Shown one piece after another: positions 1 to 9,538 of a stretch of DNA of 44,503 nt. The stretch is from an uncultured Sphingomonadales bacterium (GTDB taxonomy: Bacteria > Pseudomonadota > Alphaproteobacteria > Sphingomonadales > Sphingomonadaceae). The position numbers and the translations under genes are program-made. Within the stretch, counting starts at the first letter, position 1. Each line of letters starts with the position of its first letter. Location of the stretch: the NCBI GenBank assembly GCA_903911985.1, contig CAIWFP010000014.1:1-44503 (forward strand), in the 5' to 3' direction. The notes beneath the pieces are model-generated. The model ran no database searches. It worked only from the letters and a program-made list of their open reading frames with translations, and had not been told where the DNA came from.

Positions 1-1
1 G

Positions 2-586
2 GCCAAGGCGGCCGGAATTTCCGAAGAAGCCATGCTGTACGACATGATGATGGAAAACGACGGCCAGGGCTTCATCTATGTCATCCTGGTCAACTATGGC
101 GATTACAACCTGAATTTCCTGCACGAACTGATGGACAACCCGACGGTGATTTCGGCCGGATCGGATGCCGGGGCGCATTGTGGGGCGATTTGCGATGCCG
201 CCATGCCGACCTTCATGCTCAGCCACTGGACCCGTGATCGCCGCGCCGGCCCAACCGTTGCGATCGAAAAAGTCGTCGAACGCCAGACCCGCGCCACCGC
301 CAGACTGTACGATCTGAATGACCGGGGCGTTCTGGCACCGGGCATGAAAGCCGATGTGAACGTGATCGACTATGCAAAGATCAACAGTTCGCGCCCCAAA
401 ATGGTCGCCGATCTGCCCGCGGGCGGGATGCGTCTGCTGCAAACCGCAACAGGGTACAAAATGACCATCGTCAGCGGTAAGGTGACGTTCGAAAACGGCA
501 TCGCCACCGGCGCGCTGCCGGGCAAACTGCTGCGCAGCGCACCCAATGCGTTTCAGCCCGCACCCGTGCACGAATTGGCAGGATAA
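2..586 (+). CDS. N-acyl-D-amino-acid deacylase family amidohydrolase, C-terminal part (5' end outside window)
   Basis: Frame open from window start. Motifs GSDAGAH, DRGVLAPGMKADVNVID, DLPAGGMRLLQTATGY and TGALPGKLLR are typical of the D-aminoacylase-like C-terminus. Confidence 0.8.
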   Translation, partial: AKAAGISEEAMLYDMMMENDGQGFIYVILVNYGDYNLNFLHELMDNPTVISAGSDAGAHCGAICDAAMPTFMLSHWTRDRRAGPTVAIEKVVERQTRATARLYDLNDRGVLAPGMKADVNVIDYAKINSSRPKMVADLPAGGMRLLQTATGYKMTIVSGKVTFENGIATGALPGKLLRSAPNAFQPAPVHELAG

Positions 587-594
587 TCATGAAA

Positions 595-619
595 AGGGGC
601 GCCGTTAGCCGGCGCCCCT
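595..619. terminator. GC-rich hairpin after amidohydrolase gene
   Basis: AGGGGCGCCG-ttagc-CGGCGCCCCT perfect 10-bp stem. U-tract is better on the minus strand. Confidence 0.55.
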
Positions 620-759
620 AATATCTGATCTCGGATCGATCCGGTCAGCACTTTCGCCAGATCATCTGGGCAGGACAGCAATCGCGAATGATCGCGATCA
701 AGCGTGATCATTTCGCAGGGCATTGCCGCGTGCCTGACGAGGAAGCCTTCGCATAAAAT

Positions 760-800
760 TCAACATATTTGTTGACTATCGGCTGAGGCACTTGTAACTT
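760..800 (+). promoter_or_regulatory. Operator A (TCAAC-N6-GTTGA) overlapping a sigma70-like promoter
   Basis: TCAACATATTTGTTGA at 760-775. TTGACT (772-777), 17-nt spacer, TAACTT (795-800). Confidence 0.7.
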
Positions 801-883
801 CTCAACATGTTAGCCTGGGTCTTATCGGCCAATTCACGGGCGGTGAGGTGCCTGCAGCCAGCGGCACAGGGGTGGAGATATCC

Positions 884-1330
884 GTGACGGACAGCGATCA
901 GATGAGCATGAATGCGCTCATGATTACACAGGAAACGCCGGTCGGGTATGCCTTGCAGCCGATCCGCAAAAAGGCCGCGATCCAGTTGATGGGATCGCGT
1001 TTGTGGGGGCGCTTCAATCCCAATCACTGGGATCCGGAATATGCCGCGGCGACTGGCTTGAAAGCGCCGATCCAGACCGGTGAGATGTCATCAGCCTATC
1101 TTGCCGAAATGTGCGTCAACCATTTTGGCGCAGCCGTGTTCGCAGGGGCGCGCATCGTGTGCAAATATGTCGCCGCAACACTGGCGGGGGAAGTCATCAC
1201 CACCCACGGCGTGGTCCGCGAAAAAATCGCCAAGGGCGATGGCTATCGCTTTGTCGTCGATATCTGGTGCGACAATGAGGCTGGCGAAAAGAAGACTGTG
1301 GGTTGGGTAGAGGTCGACGTCGGCGTCTGA
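884..1330 (+). CDS. MaoC-like hotdog-fold (R)-enoyl-CoA hydratase subunit
   Basis: NPNHWDPEYAAATGLKAPIQTG resembles the MaoC hydratase motif. GTG start chosen for the GGAG RBS just upstream (ATG at 902/908 are alternatives). Confidence 0.75.
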   Translation: MTDSDQMSMNALMITQETPVGYALQPIRKKAAIQLMGSRLWGRFNPNHWDPEYAAATGLKAPIQTGEMSSAYLAEMCVNHFGAAVFAGARIVCKYVAATLAGEVITTHGVVREKIAKGDGYRFVVDIWCDNEAGEKKTVGWVEVDVGV

Positions 1331-1363
1331 GCGCGACGCGCCGCAACGGAGATATTTTTCAAC

Positions 1364-1900
1364 ATGTCTGTAGAAATTACACAGGATCGCAGCCTGAGCC
1401 CGACAAGCCCGGTGCAAGCCGCGCAGACCCGCGCCTTCATTAAGAGTCTGGAACAGGAATGCCAGACCTATTGGGACATGGTGGAAATTGGCGACGAGTT
1501 GTCGCGCGATCTCCACATGACACCCGAGCTGATCATTCTCTATGCCGACGCAGTGGAGGATTTCAATCCGTGGTACGAAGCCTGGCGGATGAACACCTGG
1601 CAGATTTCCGGGGAATCGCCGTTCGGCGGAGCGATCGTTCCACCCTTGCTGGTTTCGCACTTTGTGCTGTCGGTCCAGTTTGATCATACCAAGCCGTTCG
1701 CGATCGGATCGATCCACACCTTTCACGATTCCGAAGTGATCAAGCCAATCATGATCGGCGCAACCGTGCGCATCACCACGCGGGCGATCGACAAGTACGA
1801 AAAGCGCGGGCGGCGCTATGTGCGGCATGCCGTGACGGTTACCGATGTTGCTGACGGCACGCTCTATTTTCGCGAAACGCGCGACATTCTCTCGCTGTAA
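1364..1900 (+). CDS. MaoC-like hotdog-fold protein (probable partner subunit)
   Basis: YADAVEDFNPWY, SPFGGAIVPP, SEVIKPIMIG and DKYEKRGRRYV fit FAS1-like/MaoC dehydratase features. Confidence 0.7.
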   Translation: MSVEITQDRSLSPTSPVQAAQTRAFIKSLEQECQTYWDMVEIGDELSRDLHMTPELIILYADAVEDFNPWYEAWRMNTWQISGESPFGGAIVPPLLVSHFVLSVQFDHTKPFAIGSIHTFHDSEVIKPIMIGATVRITTRAIDKYEKRGRRYVRHAVTVTDVADGTLYFRETRDILSL

Positions 1901-1911
1901 GGTCGGCCATC

Positions 1912-2340
1912 ATGCAAATCCCTGTGGCCGAGGGGCTGTTCGCGGTGAACGGGGCAGGCGTGCAACTGATCGGTACCCGCTGCTGTTCATGCGACACACT
2001 CTATTTCCCGCAGACCCCGGGTTGCCGAAACCCGTTGTGCCGTGACAAGCAGCTGGAGCAGGTCCTGCTGCCCGATCGTGGCACGCTCTACAGCTACACC
2101 GTGCAACGCTATCAGCCCCCTGCGTTGTTCGCGATGGATGCCTGGTCCCCTTATGCCCTGGGCCTGGTTGATCTTGGCCACGGCTTACGTGTGATGGGCA
2201 TGCTGGACGATGTGCCGCTCGACAAGATTGCCATCGGCATGGCGCTGAAGCTGTCACTGCGCACGCTCACCACCGATGAAAATGGTCAAAGCCGCGTGAC
2301 ATACGCCTTTGTGCCCGACACTACGAAGGATCACGCATGA
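1912..2340 (+). CDS. DUF35 / ChsH2-C-like Zn-ribbon + OB-fold protein
   Basis: CxxC..YFP..C...C zinc ribbon, GTLYSYT, PYALGLVDL..GLRVMG. Overlaps the thiolase start (ATGA). Confidence 0.85.
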   Translation: MQIPVAEGLFAVNGAGVQLIGTRCCSCDTLYFPQTPGCRNPLCRDKQLEQVLLPDRGTLYSYTVQRYQPPALFAMDAWSPYALGLVDLGHGLRVMGMLDDVPLDKIAIGMALKLSLRTLTTDENGQSRVTYAFVPDTTKDHA

Positions 2341-3530
2341 CCAAGCCTGTCCATGTGCTGGGCGCAGGCGCGCATCCGTGGGGCAAGTGGCCCAATCGAT
2401 CACAATTGCAACTGGCGATTGATGCGCTGGCCATGGCGATCGACGATGCCGGGCTGTCGTGGCCGGAAATCCAGGGCCTGGTCGCCGCCAGTTCGCGGTT
2501 TGAGGGCGGCATGGGCTGGGGCCTGCATGCCAACGAAGTGGTACAGGCGGTGGCCGAGCAAGGCATACCGTGTGTCAATGTCGGAGGTGCTTGCGCGGCG
2601 GGTGCAATAGCCTTTCAGACCGCGTACTCCATGATCGCGAGCGGGCAGTGCGATGTCGTAGCGGTGCTGGGCGCCGAGCGTATGCCCAAGGGATTCATCC
2701 CACGCCCGCCAGGCAGCCAGGATGACATCACCGACAGCGACTATCTGCGCTGGGTGGCGATGGGCGCGACCAATCCTGCCTATTGGGCGATCGAGGCCAA
2801 TCGCCGCAAACACGACTTTGGCACCACCGATGCAACGCTGGCCCAGGCGAGCGTACTGATGCGGCGCAACGCTGCCGGCAACCGGCTGGCGCGTTTCCGC
2901 AATCCAACCACAATTGACGAAGTCCTTGCCTCGCCGATGGTATCAGACCCCCTCCATCTCCTGGAGATCTGTCCGGTCAGCGATGGGGCCGCGGCCCTGA
3001 TCCTGGGATCGGAACAGTATGTGCAGCGATCGGGCAAGCGCCCCGTGCATGTTGCCGGGTGCGCCATCGCGACCGGCCAATTCGGCGATCCGGGTCGCCG
3101 CATCCCGACGATTTCCAGCACGGTCCGCGACGATGTTTCGCATACCAGCGAAGTGACCACGGCGGTTCAGCGTGCGCTTGCCATGGCCGGAATGGGCCCT
3201 AACGACATCGACATTCTGGAAATGGCCGACAACACGGCGTGGCATTTGCTGGCATGGCCCGAACTGTTCGGCTTTTACGAGGCAGGCCAGGGCGACTGGA
3301 TGCTGAACAATGGCAAGTTGGACATCGGTGGCGACCTCGCCGTCAACCCCAGCGGCGGCTTCCTCAGCTTTGGCGAAGCAACCACTGCGCAAGCCGTGCT
3401 GCAGGTGTGCGAACTGACGTGGCAATTGCGTGGCGAGGCGCAAGGGCATCAGGTGCCCGATGCGCGCGTCGGCATGTCGGCGGTGCTGGGCCTCGGCGCC
3501 AACGGCGGATCGGTGATTTTGAAAACCTGA
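2337..3530 (+). CDS. SCP2/Ltp-type thiolase-fold protein (lipid-transfer protein family)
   Basis: GAGAHPWGKW N-terminus, NVGGACAAG, CPVSDGAAA and VNPSGGFLSFGEA...QLRGEAQGHQVPDA. Coupled to the DUF35 gene. Confidence 0.85.
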   Translation: MTKPVHVLGAGAHPWGKWPNRSQLQLAIDALAMAIDDAGLSWPEIQGLVAASSRFEGGMGWGLHANEVVQAVAEQGIPCVNVGGACAAGAIAFQTAYSMIASGQCDVVAVLGAERMPKGFIPRPPGSQDDITDSDYLRWVAMGATNPAYWAIEANRRKHDFGTTDATLAQASVLMRRNAAGNRLARFRNPTTIDEVLASPMVSDPLHLLEICPVSDGAAALILGSEQYVQRSGKRPVHVAGCAIATGQFGDPGRRIPTISSTVRDDVSHTSEVTTAVQRALAMAGMGPNDIDILEMADNTAWHLLAWPELFGFYEAGQGDWMLNNGKLDIGGDLAVNPSGGFLSFGEATTAQAVLQVCELTWQLRGEAQGHQVPDARVGMSAVLGLGANGGSVILKT

Positions 3531-3554
3531 TCACCCCGGCTTTGCACCGCGCCC

Positions 3555-5153
3555 TTACACCTCGCGCAGTACAAAGCCCGCGTAATCGCGTTTGGCGACA
3601 TCCTGCAAAATGCGCCGATATCCCCTTACACCGCCCGAATAGGGCATGAAAACCTGCGGCTTGCCCGGCATTTCCGCGCCCATGTAGTACGATTGCGCCT
3701 TGGGATAGAGCGTCTCGAGCGACCGTTCGTTGACATGCACCACCCAGTCGGCCTGCGCGGCGTCGGTCACCTCGATCTCGTTCAGCCCGTTTTGTGCGCA
3801 ATGGCTGATGAGGCTGGCCAGCCAGTCAACCTGTTCTTCGGTCGATAGCAGGACATTGCTGAGCAACGACGGGCTGCCCGGGCCGCAAATGATGAACAGA
3901 TTGGGGAACTGCGCGACGCCAAGGCCAAGGTAGGTGCGCGGGCCAGCCGACCAGCTGGCCTGGAGCGTCGTGCCGTCGCGACCGGTGATCTGCGGCTTCA
4001 GCAACGACCCGGTGAAGGCATCGAAGCCGGTTGCATAGATCAGGATATCGACAGGATAGTCTTTCGCGCTGGTGCGAATGGCATCCGGGGTGATCGCCTC
4101 GATCGGTGTGGCTCGGATATCGACCAATTCGACATTGTCTCGACTGAACGTCTGATAAAAGCCGCTGTCGACCGAGGGGCGCCGCGAGGCAAACGGAAAG
4201 CCCTGCGGTGTCAGCTTTTCGCGCAAGACGGGATCTGGAACCAGTTCGGCAATTTTTGCGTGAATGAACGCGACCGCCGTGTCGTTGGATTCCTGGTTGA
4301 GCAGAATGTCTTTGTAGGCCAGTGCAAAACCGAAACCCAGCCGGTTCCAGGCCGCCTCGAACGTGCGAACCCGGTCGTCTTCGGGAACATCAAGCGCGGA
4401 TTGGCTGTTGGGCACAAAGCCAAGCCCACTTGGCGAATTGCGGGCGCGTTGGCGCCGCTCGGCATAGTTCGACTTGACGGTGCGATCTTCATCTTGGGTC
4501 ACCGGTGCGTTGGCGGCGGGAATTGAATAGTTTGCCGTGCGCTGGAACACGGTCAGCCGCCGCGCCTGACGCGCAATGACCGGGGTCATCTGCACACCCG
4601 ATGACCCGGTACCGATGATTGCCACTGATTTTCCGGTGAAATCAATGTGCTCGTGCGGCCATTGCGCACTGTAGATGATCCGCCCGGCAAATTGGTCCTG
4701 CCCCGGATACGTGGTCGGCTTGGGAGATGACAATTGCCCGACGGCCATGATCAGATATTGCGCATGCCACTCACGCCCATCCGCGGCCACGACGTGCCAT
4801 CGGGCCCGGTCTGCATCATACGTGGCAGAGGCCATCCGCGTGTTGAAACGGATATCACGTCGCAGATCAAAGCGTTCGGCGACATGATTGATATATTTCA
4901 AAATTTCCGGCTGAGTGGCGTAACGTTCGGTCCAGCACCATTCCTGTTCAAGCGCCGGCGAAAAGCTGTACGAATAGTCATAGCTCTCCACGTCGCAACG
5001 CGCGCCCGGATACTGATTGTGATACCATACGCCACCCACATCGGCAGAGGCTTCGAGCACGGTGGCGCGCAAGCCCTGTTCGCGAAGCGTGTACAAGGCG
5101 CGCAAACCAGCGAAACCGGCTCCCACGATCAGCACATCCACCGATTCAGACAT
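3555..5153 (-). CDS. Type I Baeyer-Villiger monooxygenase (BVMO-1)
   Basis: GAGFAG, GGVWYHNQYPGARCDVES, GTGSSG, FQRT and ATGFD motifs. Fingerprint variant FAGRIIYSAQWP. GGAGG RBS before ATG at 5153. Confidence 0.9.
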   Translation of the reverse strand: MSESVDVLIVGAGFAGLRALYTLREQGLRATVLEASADVGGVWYHNQYPGARCDVESYDYSYSFSPALEQEWCWTERYATQPEILKYINHVAERFDLRRDIRFNTRMASATYDADRARWHVVAADGREWHAQYLIMAVGQLSSPKPTTYPGQDQFAGRIIYSAQWPHEHIDFTGKSVAIIGTGSSGVQMTPVIARQARRLTVFQRTANYSIPAANAPVTQDEDRTVKSNYAERRQRARNSPSGLGFVPNSQSALDVPEDDRVRTFEAAWNRLGFGFALAYKDILLNQESNDTAVAFIHAKIAELVPDPVLREKLTPQGFPFASRRPSVDSGFYQTFSRDNVELVDIRATPIEAITPDAIRTSAKDYPVDILIYATGFDAFTGSLLKPQITGRDGTTLQASWSAGPRTYLGLGVAQFPNLFIICGPGSPSLLSNVLLSTEEQVDWLASLISHCAQNGLNEIEVTDAAQADWVVHVNERSLETLYPKAQSYYMGAEMPGKPQVFMPYSGGVRGYRRILQDVAKRDYAGFVLREV

Positions 5154-5203
5154 AAAACCTCCGCCGTGATACTGCGGCACTGCGTCTGGCCATTCGGCGA
5201 AAA

Positions 5204-5293
5204 AGTCAACAAACATGTTGACTAAAAATCGCGAAAAACTACATTTTTTCACTCTGCAATGGCATGGTAAGTGATAATCAACGTTTTCGTTGA
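5204..5293. promoter_or_regulatory. Two copies of operator A in divergent intergenic region
   Basis: AGTCAACAAACATGTTGACT (5204-5223) and TCAACGTTTTCGTTGA (5278-5293). Confidence 0.75.
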
Positions 5294-5373
5294 CATTTTG
5301 AATTACCTTTCCCAAGCATCAGATAGGGCACAGTCCGGTGCGTTCGCGACCGAAGCAGACAGGGGCAAATGGC

Positions 5374-7101
5374 GTGACAATCGGGATTGGTGCAAGGACT
5401 CGTGGCCCGGCCACTGCGCGGCAGGCTGCGCTCGCCGCCCGCTTTCCGACCTGGCAAGCCTGTCGACTGGATGAAATGCTCGACCGGGTCGCGCAGGTAT
5501 ATCCTGACCGCGCCTATATCATTACGGACACCCGGACCTGGACTTACGCCGAAGTCGCCCAGTGGTCACGACGTCTGGCGGCCGGATTGCGGGCGCAAGG
5601 CGTGACCGAAGGCGATCATGTCGCGCTGATCATGGCCAATGATCCTGCCTTCATCGCGCTCAAATTTGCCATTTCGCGCATCGGCGCCGTGGCCGTACCG
5701 ATCAACGTGCAGAACCGGCGCGATGAATTGTCCTATCTGCTGGCGCAATCCGATTGCGCCATGCTGATCACCATGGATGCCTTTCGCGACAATGACTTTT
5801 GCGCCATCCTTGATGAGTTGATGCCGGGCTGGGAAACGCAAGGCGGCGGTAAACACTATCCGCGCCTGAAGCGTGTGGCCCTGTTTCACACCGGCAGTCG
5901 CCCGTTGCGTGCCACAGCGCTGACTTTCAACAAACTGGCCTGCGACAGCACGAACAGCACAGCCGCGCCAGGCCGCACCCAAGCAACCGCAGTCTGCGAC
6001 ATCCTGTATACCTCTGGCACGACCGGAGCGCCCAAGGGGGTGATGCTGAGCCATGATCAGATGCTGCGTGCCGCTTATGGCAGCGCCTATGCGCGCGCCT
6101 TCGAAGACGGGCGTCGCATCCTGTTTTCACTGCCGCTGTACCATGTCTATGGCTATGTCGAAGGCATGCTGGCGGCCCTGTTTGTGGGCGGCGCGGTGAT
6201 TGTTCAGAGCCGGTTCGATGCCGTGGCCATGCTCACGGCGATAGAACGGCACCGGGCCACCGACTTGCTGCTGATCCCGACGATGACGCTTGCGCTGATC
6301 GATGCGGCGCAAACGGCACGCCATGATACAAGCTCGTTGCAAGGCGTGCTGTCATCGGGTGGGCGGGCGCCCGAACGCATCTGGCGGGCAATTACTGCCA
6401 CATTCGGCGATGTCGAGATCACCACCGGCTATGGCATGACCGAATGCACCGCCTCCACAACGGTCACCCGCCCGGATGACCCGGTGTCGCGCCTGATGAC
6501 CACCAACGGCCGACAACGCGATGTGGGCGTGGCGGGCGATCCCGACAGCGGCAATCGCCTCGTAACCTATCAGGTGCGCGACCCGTCCACCGGGGCGACA
6601 CTCCCGGATGACACCCCGGGCGAATTGGTGGCAAGGGGTCCGGGTGTAACCAGCGGCTATTACAACAAGCCTGCCGAAACCGCAGCGACGTTTACACCCG
6701 ATGGTTGGCTGCGCACCGGAGACCTCGGCACAATCGACAGCCAGGGCTATATCCGCCTGATCGGCCGCACCAAGGAATCCTATCGGTGCGGCGGAGAGCT
6801 GGTGCTGCCCACCGAAATCGAAGACCTGCTGACCTCCAGCAACGAGGTCCTCCAGGCGCATGTCGTGCCCATCCCCGACGAGATCATGGGCGAAATCGGC
6901 GTCGCCTTTGTTGAACTGGCGGCCGATGCGACCGCCACCCCGGACCAATTGCGCCAGCTGGTCGCCACCAGACTGGCGCGCTTCAAGGTGCCAAGACATA
7001 TCTTCATCATCAATGCCACCGATCTGCCGGTCACCGCATCCGGCCGGGTGCGCAAATTCCTGCTGGCCGAACACGCCGCGCAACGGGTGGCAAGCCTGTG
7101 A
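5374..7101 (+). CDS. AMP-dependent acyl-CoA synthetase/ligase
   Basis: ILYTSGTTGAPKG, GYGMTE, GWLRTGDLG and LPVTASGRVRK. Start uncertain (GTG 5338 or 5374). Confidence 0.9.
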   Translation: MTIGIGARTRGPATARQAALAARFPTWQACRLDEMLDRVAQVYPDRAYIITDTRTWTYAEVAQWSRRLAAGLRAQGVTEGDHVALIMANDPAFIALKFAISRIGAVAVPINVQNRRDELSYLLAQSDCAMLITMDAFRDNDFCAILDELMPGWETQGGGKHYPRLKRVALFHTGSRPLRATALTFNKLACDSTNSTAAPGRTQATAVCDILYTSGTTGAPKGVMLSHDQMLRAAYGSAYARAFEDGRRILFSLPLYHVYGYVEGMLAALFVGGAVIVQSRFDAVAMLTAIERHRATDLLLIPTMTLALIDAAQTARHDTSSLQGVLSSGGRAPERIWRAITATFGDVEITTGYGMTECTASTTVTRPDDPVSRLMTTNGRQRDVGVAGDPDSGNRLVTYQVRDPSTGATLPDDTPGELVARGPGVTSGYYNKPAETAATFTPDGWLRTGDLGTIDSQGYIRLIGRTKESYRCGGELVLPTEIEDLLTSSNEVLQAHVVPIPDEIMGEIGVAFVELAADATATPDQLRQLVATRLARFKVPRHIFIINATDLPVTASGRVRKFLLAEHAAQRVASL

Positions 7102-7868
7102 CCGCGCCTGATGCCCCCGCGCGCAGGGTCGCGCTGGTAACCGGTGCCGCACGCGGCATCGGCGCGGCGATTGCCGGGCGCCTGGCGCGTGACGGCCATG
7201 ACGTGGTCGTGCTGGACCTGGATGCCGATGCTTGCGCCGCGACCATCGCGACGGTTCATGCTTGCGGTCGGCAAGCGCTTGCGCTGGCTGCCGATGTGTC
7301 TGACGAACGGTCCGTGGCAATGGCCATCGAGGCGGCCACCGCAGCGCTTGGCGCGCCGACCATCCTGGTCAACAACGCCGGCGTGCTGCGCGACCGCACG
7401 GTCGCGAAAATGAGCCTGGACGACTGGGAAACGGTCATGGCGGTCAATCTGCGCGGCGCCTTTCTGCTGAGCCGTGCGGTACAACCGGGCATGCGTGATG
7501 CAAAATGGGGCCGGATCGTCAACCTGTCCAGCACCGCCGCGCTCGGCGCGTTTGGCGAGGCCAACTACGCGGCGGCCAAGGCCGGTATCCAGGGCTTTAC
7601 CCGGTCACTCGCGCTGGAACTGGGCCGGTACGGGATAACGGTGAACGCGGTGGCACCGGGGTTTGTCGCCACCGACATGACCCGCGCCGTGGCGGAACGC
7701 AACGGCATGACATTTGCGGCGATGGAACAGGAAATGCTCAAATCCATCGTCGTCGGGCGCGTCGGCGCGCCCGACGATATCGCCAATGCAGTTGCCTTTT
7801 TTACTGATGCGCGATCGGACTTTGTCACAGGACAAACACTTTATGTCGCGGGTGCGCCACGCGGGTAA
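7098..7868 (+). CDS. SDR family oxidoreductase (FabG-like)
   Basis: TGAARGIG, NNAG and YAAAK catalytic motif. Confidence 0.9.
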   Translation: MTAPDAPARRVALVTGAARGIGAAIAGRLARDGHDVVVLDLDADACAATIATVHACGRQALALAADVSDERSVAMAIEAATAALGAPTILVNNAGVLRDRTVAKMSLDDWETVMAVNLRGAFLLSRAVQPGMRDAKWGRIVNLSSTAALGAFGEANYAAAKAGIQGFTRSLALELGRYGITVNAVAPGFVATDMTRAVAERNGMTFAAMEQEMLKSIVVGRVGAPDDIANAVAFFTDARSDFVTGQTLYVAGAPRG

Positions 7869-7956
7869 AGGGATGGCGCAGCCACTTTGCGCCGGAGCCA
7901 TGTTTCGTTACAGATGTGGCGGTTGTTGCAGCATTGCGGCCACCCAAGGAGTTTAA

Positions 7957-8640
7957 ATGCCGAAAACCTTGAAAATGAGTGCTGACACCGCTCCCAAAAG
8001 CAAGATGGGGCAGCGCCGCACTGCTGCGCGGATGGAATCGAGTGCGATCCAGCAATTGCGCCGCAAGGAAATTGCCGAAGCCGCCGTGCGCGTGTTCAAC
8101 CGGCTGGGCTTTCAAAAAGCCACCATCAGCGCCGTTGCGGCCGAACTGAATATCGACCGGGCATCGGTCTATTATTACATTTCGTCAAAGGAAGAGCTGT
8201 TCGACGAAATCGTGCGCACCGTGGTCGAGCGCAACCTTGAAACCGTTCACCGTATCGAATTGAGCGATTTGCCGCCGCGCCGCAAATTGCGCGATGTCAT
8301 CACCACCCTGATGTCATCCTATGCCGAAAACTATCCATTGTTTTACATATATATCCGCGAAAATCTCAGCCAGGTCAGCGACCGGCGATCAGACTGGTCG
8401 CGCTATATGCGGGAACTGAACCGGAAAACCTCGGAATCGCTGATTGCGATCATCGAACAGGGCTATGCCGACAAGAGTTTCCGCAACGTCGGATCGGCCA
8501 AAGTGGTGGCCTATGGCGCGCTTGGCATCGTCGGATGGACGCATCGGTGGTTCCGGCCGGAAACCAGCGAAGTCAATGCCGAGGAAATCGGCAAGATCTA
8601 TGCGGAAATGATCCTGAACGGTCTGGAGAACCCCTATTAA
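7957..8640 (+). CDS. TetR/AcrR family regulator (KstR2-like C-terminus), TetR-1
   Basis: HTH IAEAAVRVFNRLGFQKATISAVAAELNIDRASVYYYISSKEELF. C-terminal GIVGWTHRWFRP. Confidence 0.9.
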   Translation: MPKTLKMSADTAPKSKMGQRRTAARMESSAIQQLRRKEIAEAAVRVFNRLGFQKATISAVAAELNIDRASVYYYISSKEELFDEIVRTVVERNLETVHRIELSDLPPRRKLRDVITTLMSSYAENYPLFYIYIRENLSQVSDRRSDWSRYMRELNRKTSESLIAIIEQGYADKSFRNVGSAKVVAYGALGIVGWTHRWFRPETSEVNAEEIGKIYAEMILNGLENPY

Positions 8641-8650
8641 GCACGGGCAC

Positions 8651-9391
8651 ATGACTGGACGTCTGGCCGGCAAACGCGCCATTGTTACGGGCGGCGGTCA
8701 AGGCATTGGCCGTGCCGCGGTCGAACTGTTTGCCGCCGAAGGCGCGCATGTGCTGGCGCTCGACCTGGCCGCAGCCGCGCTGGCCGATGTGCAACAGGCC
8801 TGTGGTTGCGATACACGCGTGGTCGATGTTACGCAGGCCGATGGGATCGGTGCGATCGTGCAGGAGGCCGGACCCGTTGATATCCTGTTCCTGTGCGCAG
8901 GATATGTCCCGATCGGGACGATCCTCGACAGTGACCCGCAACAATGGGACCGCGCCTTCGCCGTCAACGTCACCGCCATGTATCACATGATCCGCGCCGT
9001 ACTGCCCGGCATGCTGGTACGCCAGACCGGATCGATCATCACGATGTCGTCGGTGGCGGGTTCGGTGCGCGGCGTGCCCGATCGATGCGTCTATGCCGCA
9101 ACGAAAGCGGCGGTAATCGGCCTGACCAAGTCGGTTGCCGCCGATTTTGCGGGCCAGGGCATCCGCTGCAACGCCATCTGCCCCGGAACCATCGATACCG
9201 GCTCGCTCAATGCCCGTTTGCGCGAAACGACGGATTATCAGGCTGCGCGCGCGGCGGTGGTGGCACGCCAGCCGATGGGCAGAATGGGCACGGCTGCCGA
9301 AATTGCGCAGGCTGCGGTCTATCTCGCCAGCGATGAATCCCGTTTCACCACCGGTCAATGCCACATCATTGATGGCGGTTGGGCAAACTGA
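8651..9391 (+). CDS. SDR family oxidoreductase (BDH2-like)
   Basis: TGGGQGIG, YAATK, NAICPGTIDT and ARQPMGRMG..EIA. Confidence 0.88.
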   Translation: MTGRLAGKRAIVTGGGQGIGRAAVELFAAEGAHVLALDLAAAALADVQQACGCDTRVVDVTQADGIGAIVQEAGPVDILFLCAGYVPIGTILDSDPQQWDRAFAVNVTAMYHMIRAVLPGMLVRQTGSIITMSSVAGSVRGVPDRCVYAATKAAVIGLTKSVAADFAGQGIRCNAICPGTIDTGSLNARLRETTDYQAARAAVVARQPMGRMGTAAEIAQAAVYLASDESRFTTGQCHIIDGGWAN

Positions 9392-9425
9392 CCGGACCAT
9401 CATCATTTGGTGTCGAAGGGGCTTG

Positions 9426-9439
9426 ATACCAGCTGGTAT
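9426..9439. promoter_or_regulatory. Operator B (ATACC-N4-GGTAT)
   Basis: Perfect palindrome ATACCAGCTGGTAT. It sits within a possible TTGATA(9423)-N17-TATACC promoter upstream of the CaiB operon. Confidence 0.65.
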
Positions 9440-9538
9440 TGATATTATACCAATAAGGATGAAATCGCCAGACGCCGGTATCCGCATTGCAGGCGCCGAA
9501 CCAACGCCTGGCTGCCACGAACAAAAGGGATCAGGGAT

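Noticed and set aside
620-720. GATC/ATCGCG-rich intergenic stretch
   Set aside because: No consistent periodicity or extended inverted repeat.
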